From: a virus
Lineage: Duplodnaviria; Caudoviricetes
Virus record (IMG/VR): IMGVR_UViG_3300036546_000131
Span: 1 to 35,374 of that record
Reading direction: 5' to 3' (one strand)
DNA: 35,374 nucleotides
Numbering within the stretch: position 1 is the first letter of the stretch; the number at the start of each line of letters is the position of its first letter. This document shows, piece by piece, positions 35,140 through 35,374 of this stretch. The position numbers and the translations under genes were made by a program. The notes under the pieces are model-generated. The model saw only the letters and a program-made list of their open reading frames with translations. It ran no database searches and had not been told where the DNA came from.

Positions 35140-35374
35140 ATACAAGTTGCAGGTGGTCACAGGCGAAACGACAACCAATGCTCCAATTCGTATTCCAAAC
35201 ATAATAGTTCCAATGCGAGGCACGCGACCCAGCATACACACCATCGTCACGGTAACCGCCCAATATCACCGCAACAGGTGCATTTGATGTTGCATAAATT
35301 TTCCCTCTACTCTCTGCAACATTTTGCCAAGAAAACGATGTTGTACCATATCCATTTGCCAAATCATTACCCCA
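35138..35374 (-). CDS. 3' end of DGR target 1 (continuation of 1378..1)
   Basis: AVILGGYRDDGVYAGSRASHWNYYVWNTNWSIGCRFACDHLQLV*, in frame across the 127-nt overlap. Confidence 0.92.
   Translation of the reverse strand, partial: WGNDLANGYGTTSFSWQNVAESRGKIYATSNAPVAVILGGYRDDGVYAGSRASHWNYYVWNTNWSIGCRFACDHLQLV
35157..35272 (-). repeat. DGR variable region VR1
   Basis: Ungapped 116-nt match to TR 34641-34756 with 6 mismatches, all at TR adenines. Confidence 0.95.
35248..35374. repeat. Terminal direct repeat (identical to 1-127)
   Basis: Exact sequence match. Confidence 0.95.

Noticed and set aside
35138-35362. 74-aa stand-alone gene
   Set aside because: It is the C-terminus of the ~495-aa adhesin that starts at 1378.
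35248-35374. 127-bp terminal repeat as a biological DTR or a third DGR repeat
   Set aside because: It is an exact copy, falls mid-gene, and its length equals a common assembler k-mer, so it is best explained as a circular-contig overlap.

Overview
This window looks like a complete, circularly assembled, low-GC tailed phage genome. Bases 1-127 repeat exactly at 35248-35374, giving a unit length of about 35,247 bp. Essentially all real genes lie on the minus strand. It has a contractile tail with a Mu-like baseplate, a PBSX-type terminase, head genes, a holin/spanin/lytic-transglycosylase lysis cassette, and early recombination/replication genes driven by repeated sigma70 promoter cassettes. 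The main feature is a BPP-1-like diversity-generating retroelement (DGR): Mtd-like tail adhesin with VR1 (split by the contig ends), then avd, template repeat (TR, 34641-34765) and reverse transcriptase. The same TR also matches a second Mtd paralogue about 12 kb away in the early region (VR2, 22770-22894). All TR/VR mismatches in both targets are at TR adenines. Both VRs are followed by a shared IMH-like sequence and a co-varying GAAA hairpin containing tandem G.A pairs. Directly after the second target is a small gene that appears switched off by a G10 tract. I see no integrase or repressor. A Campylobacterota-like host is only an inference. All product calls come from motif recognition by eye, not database searches.
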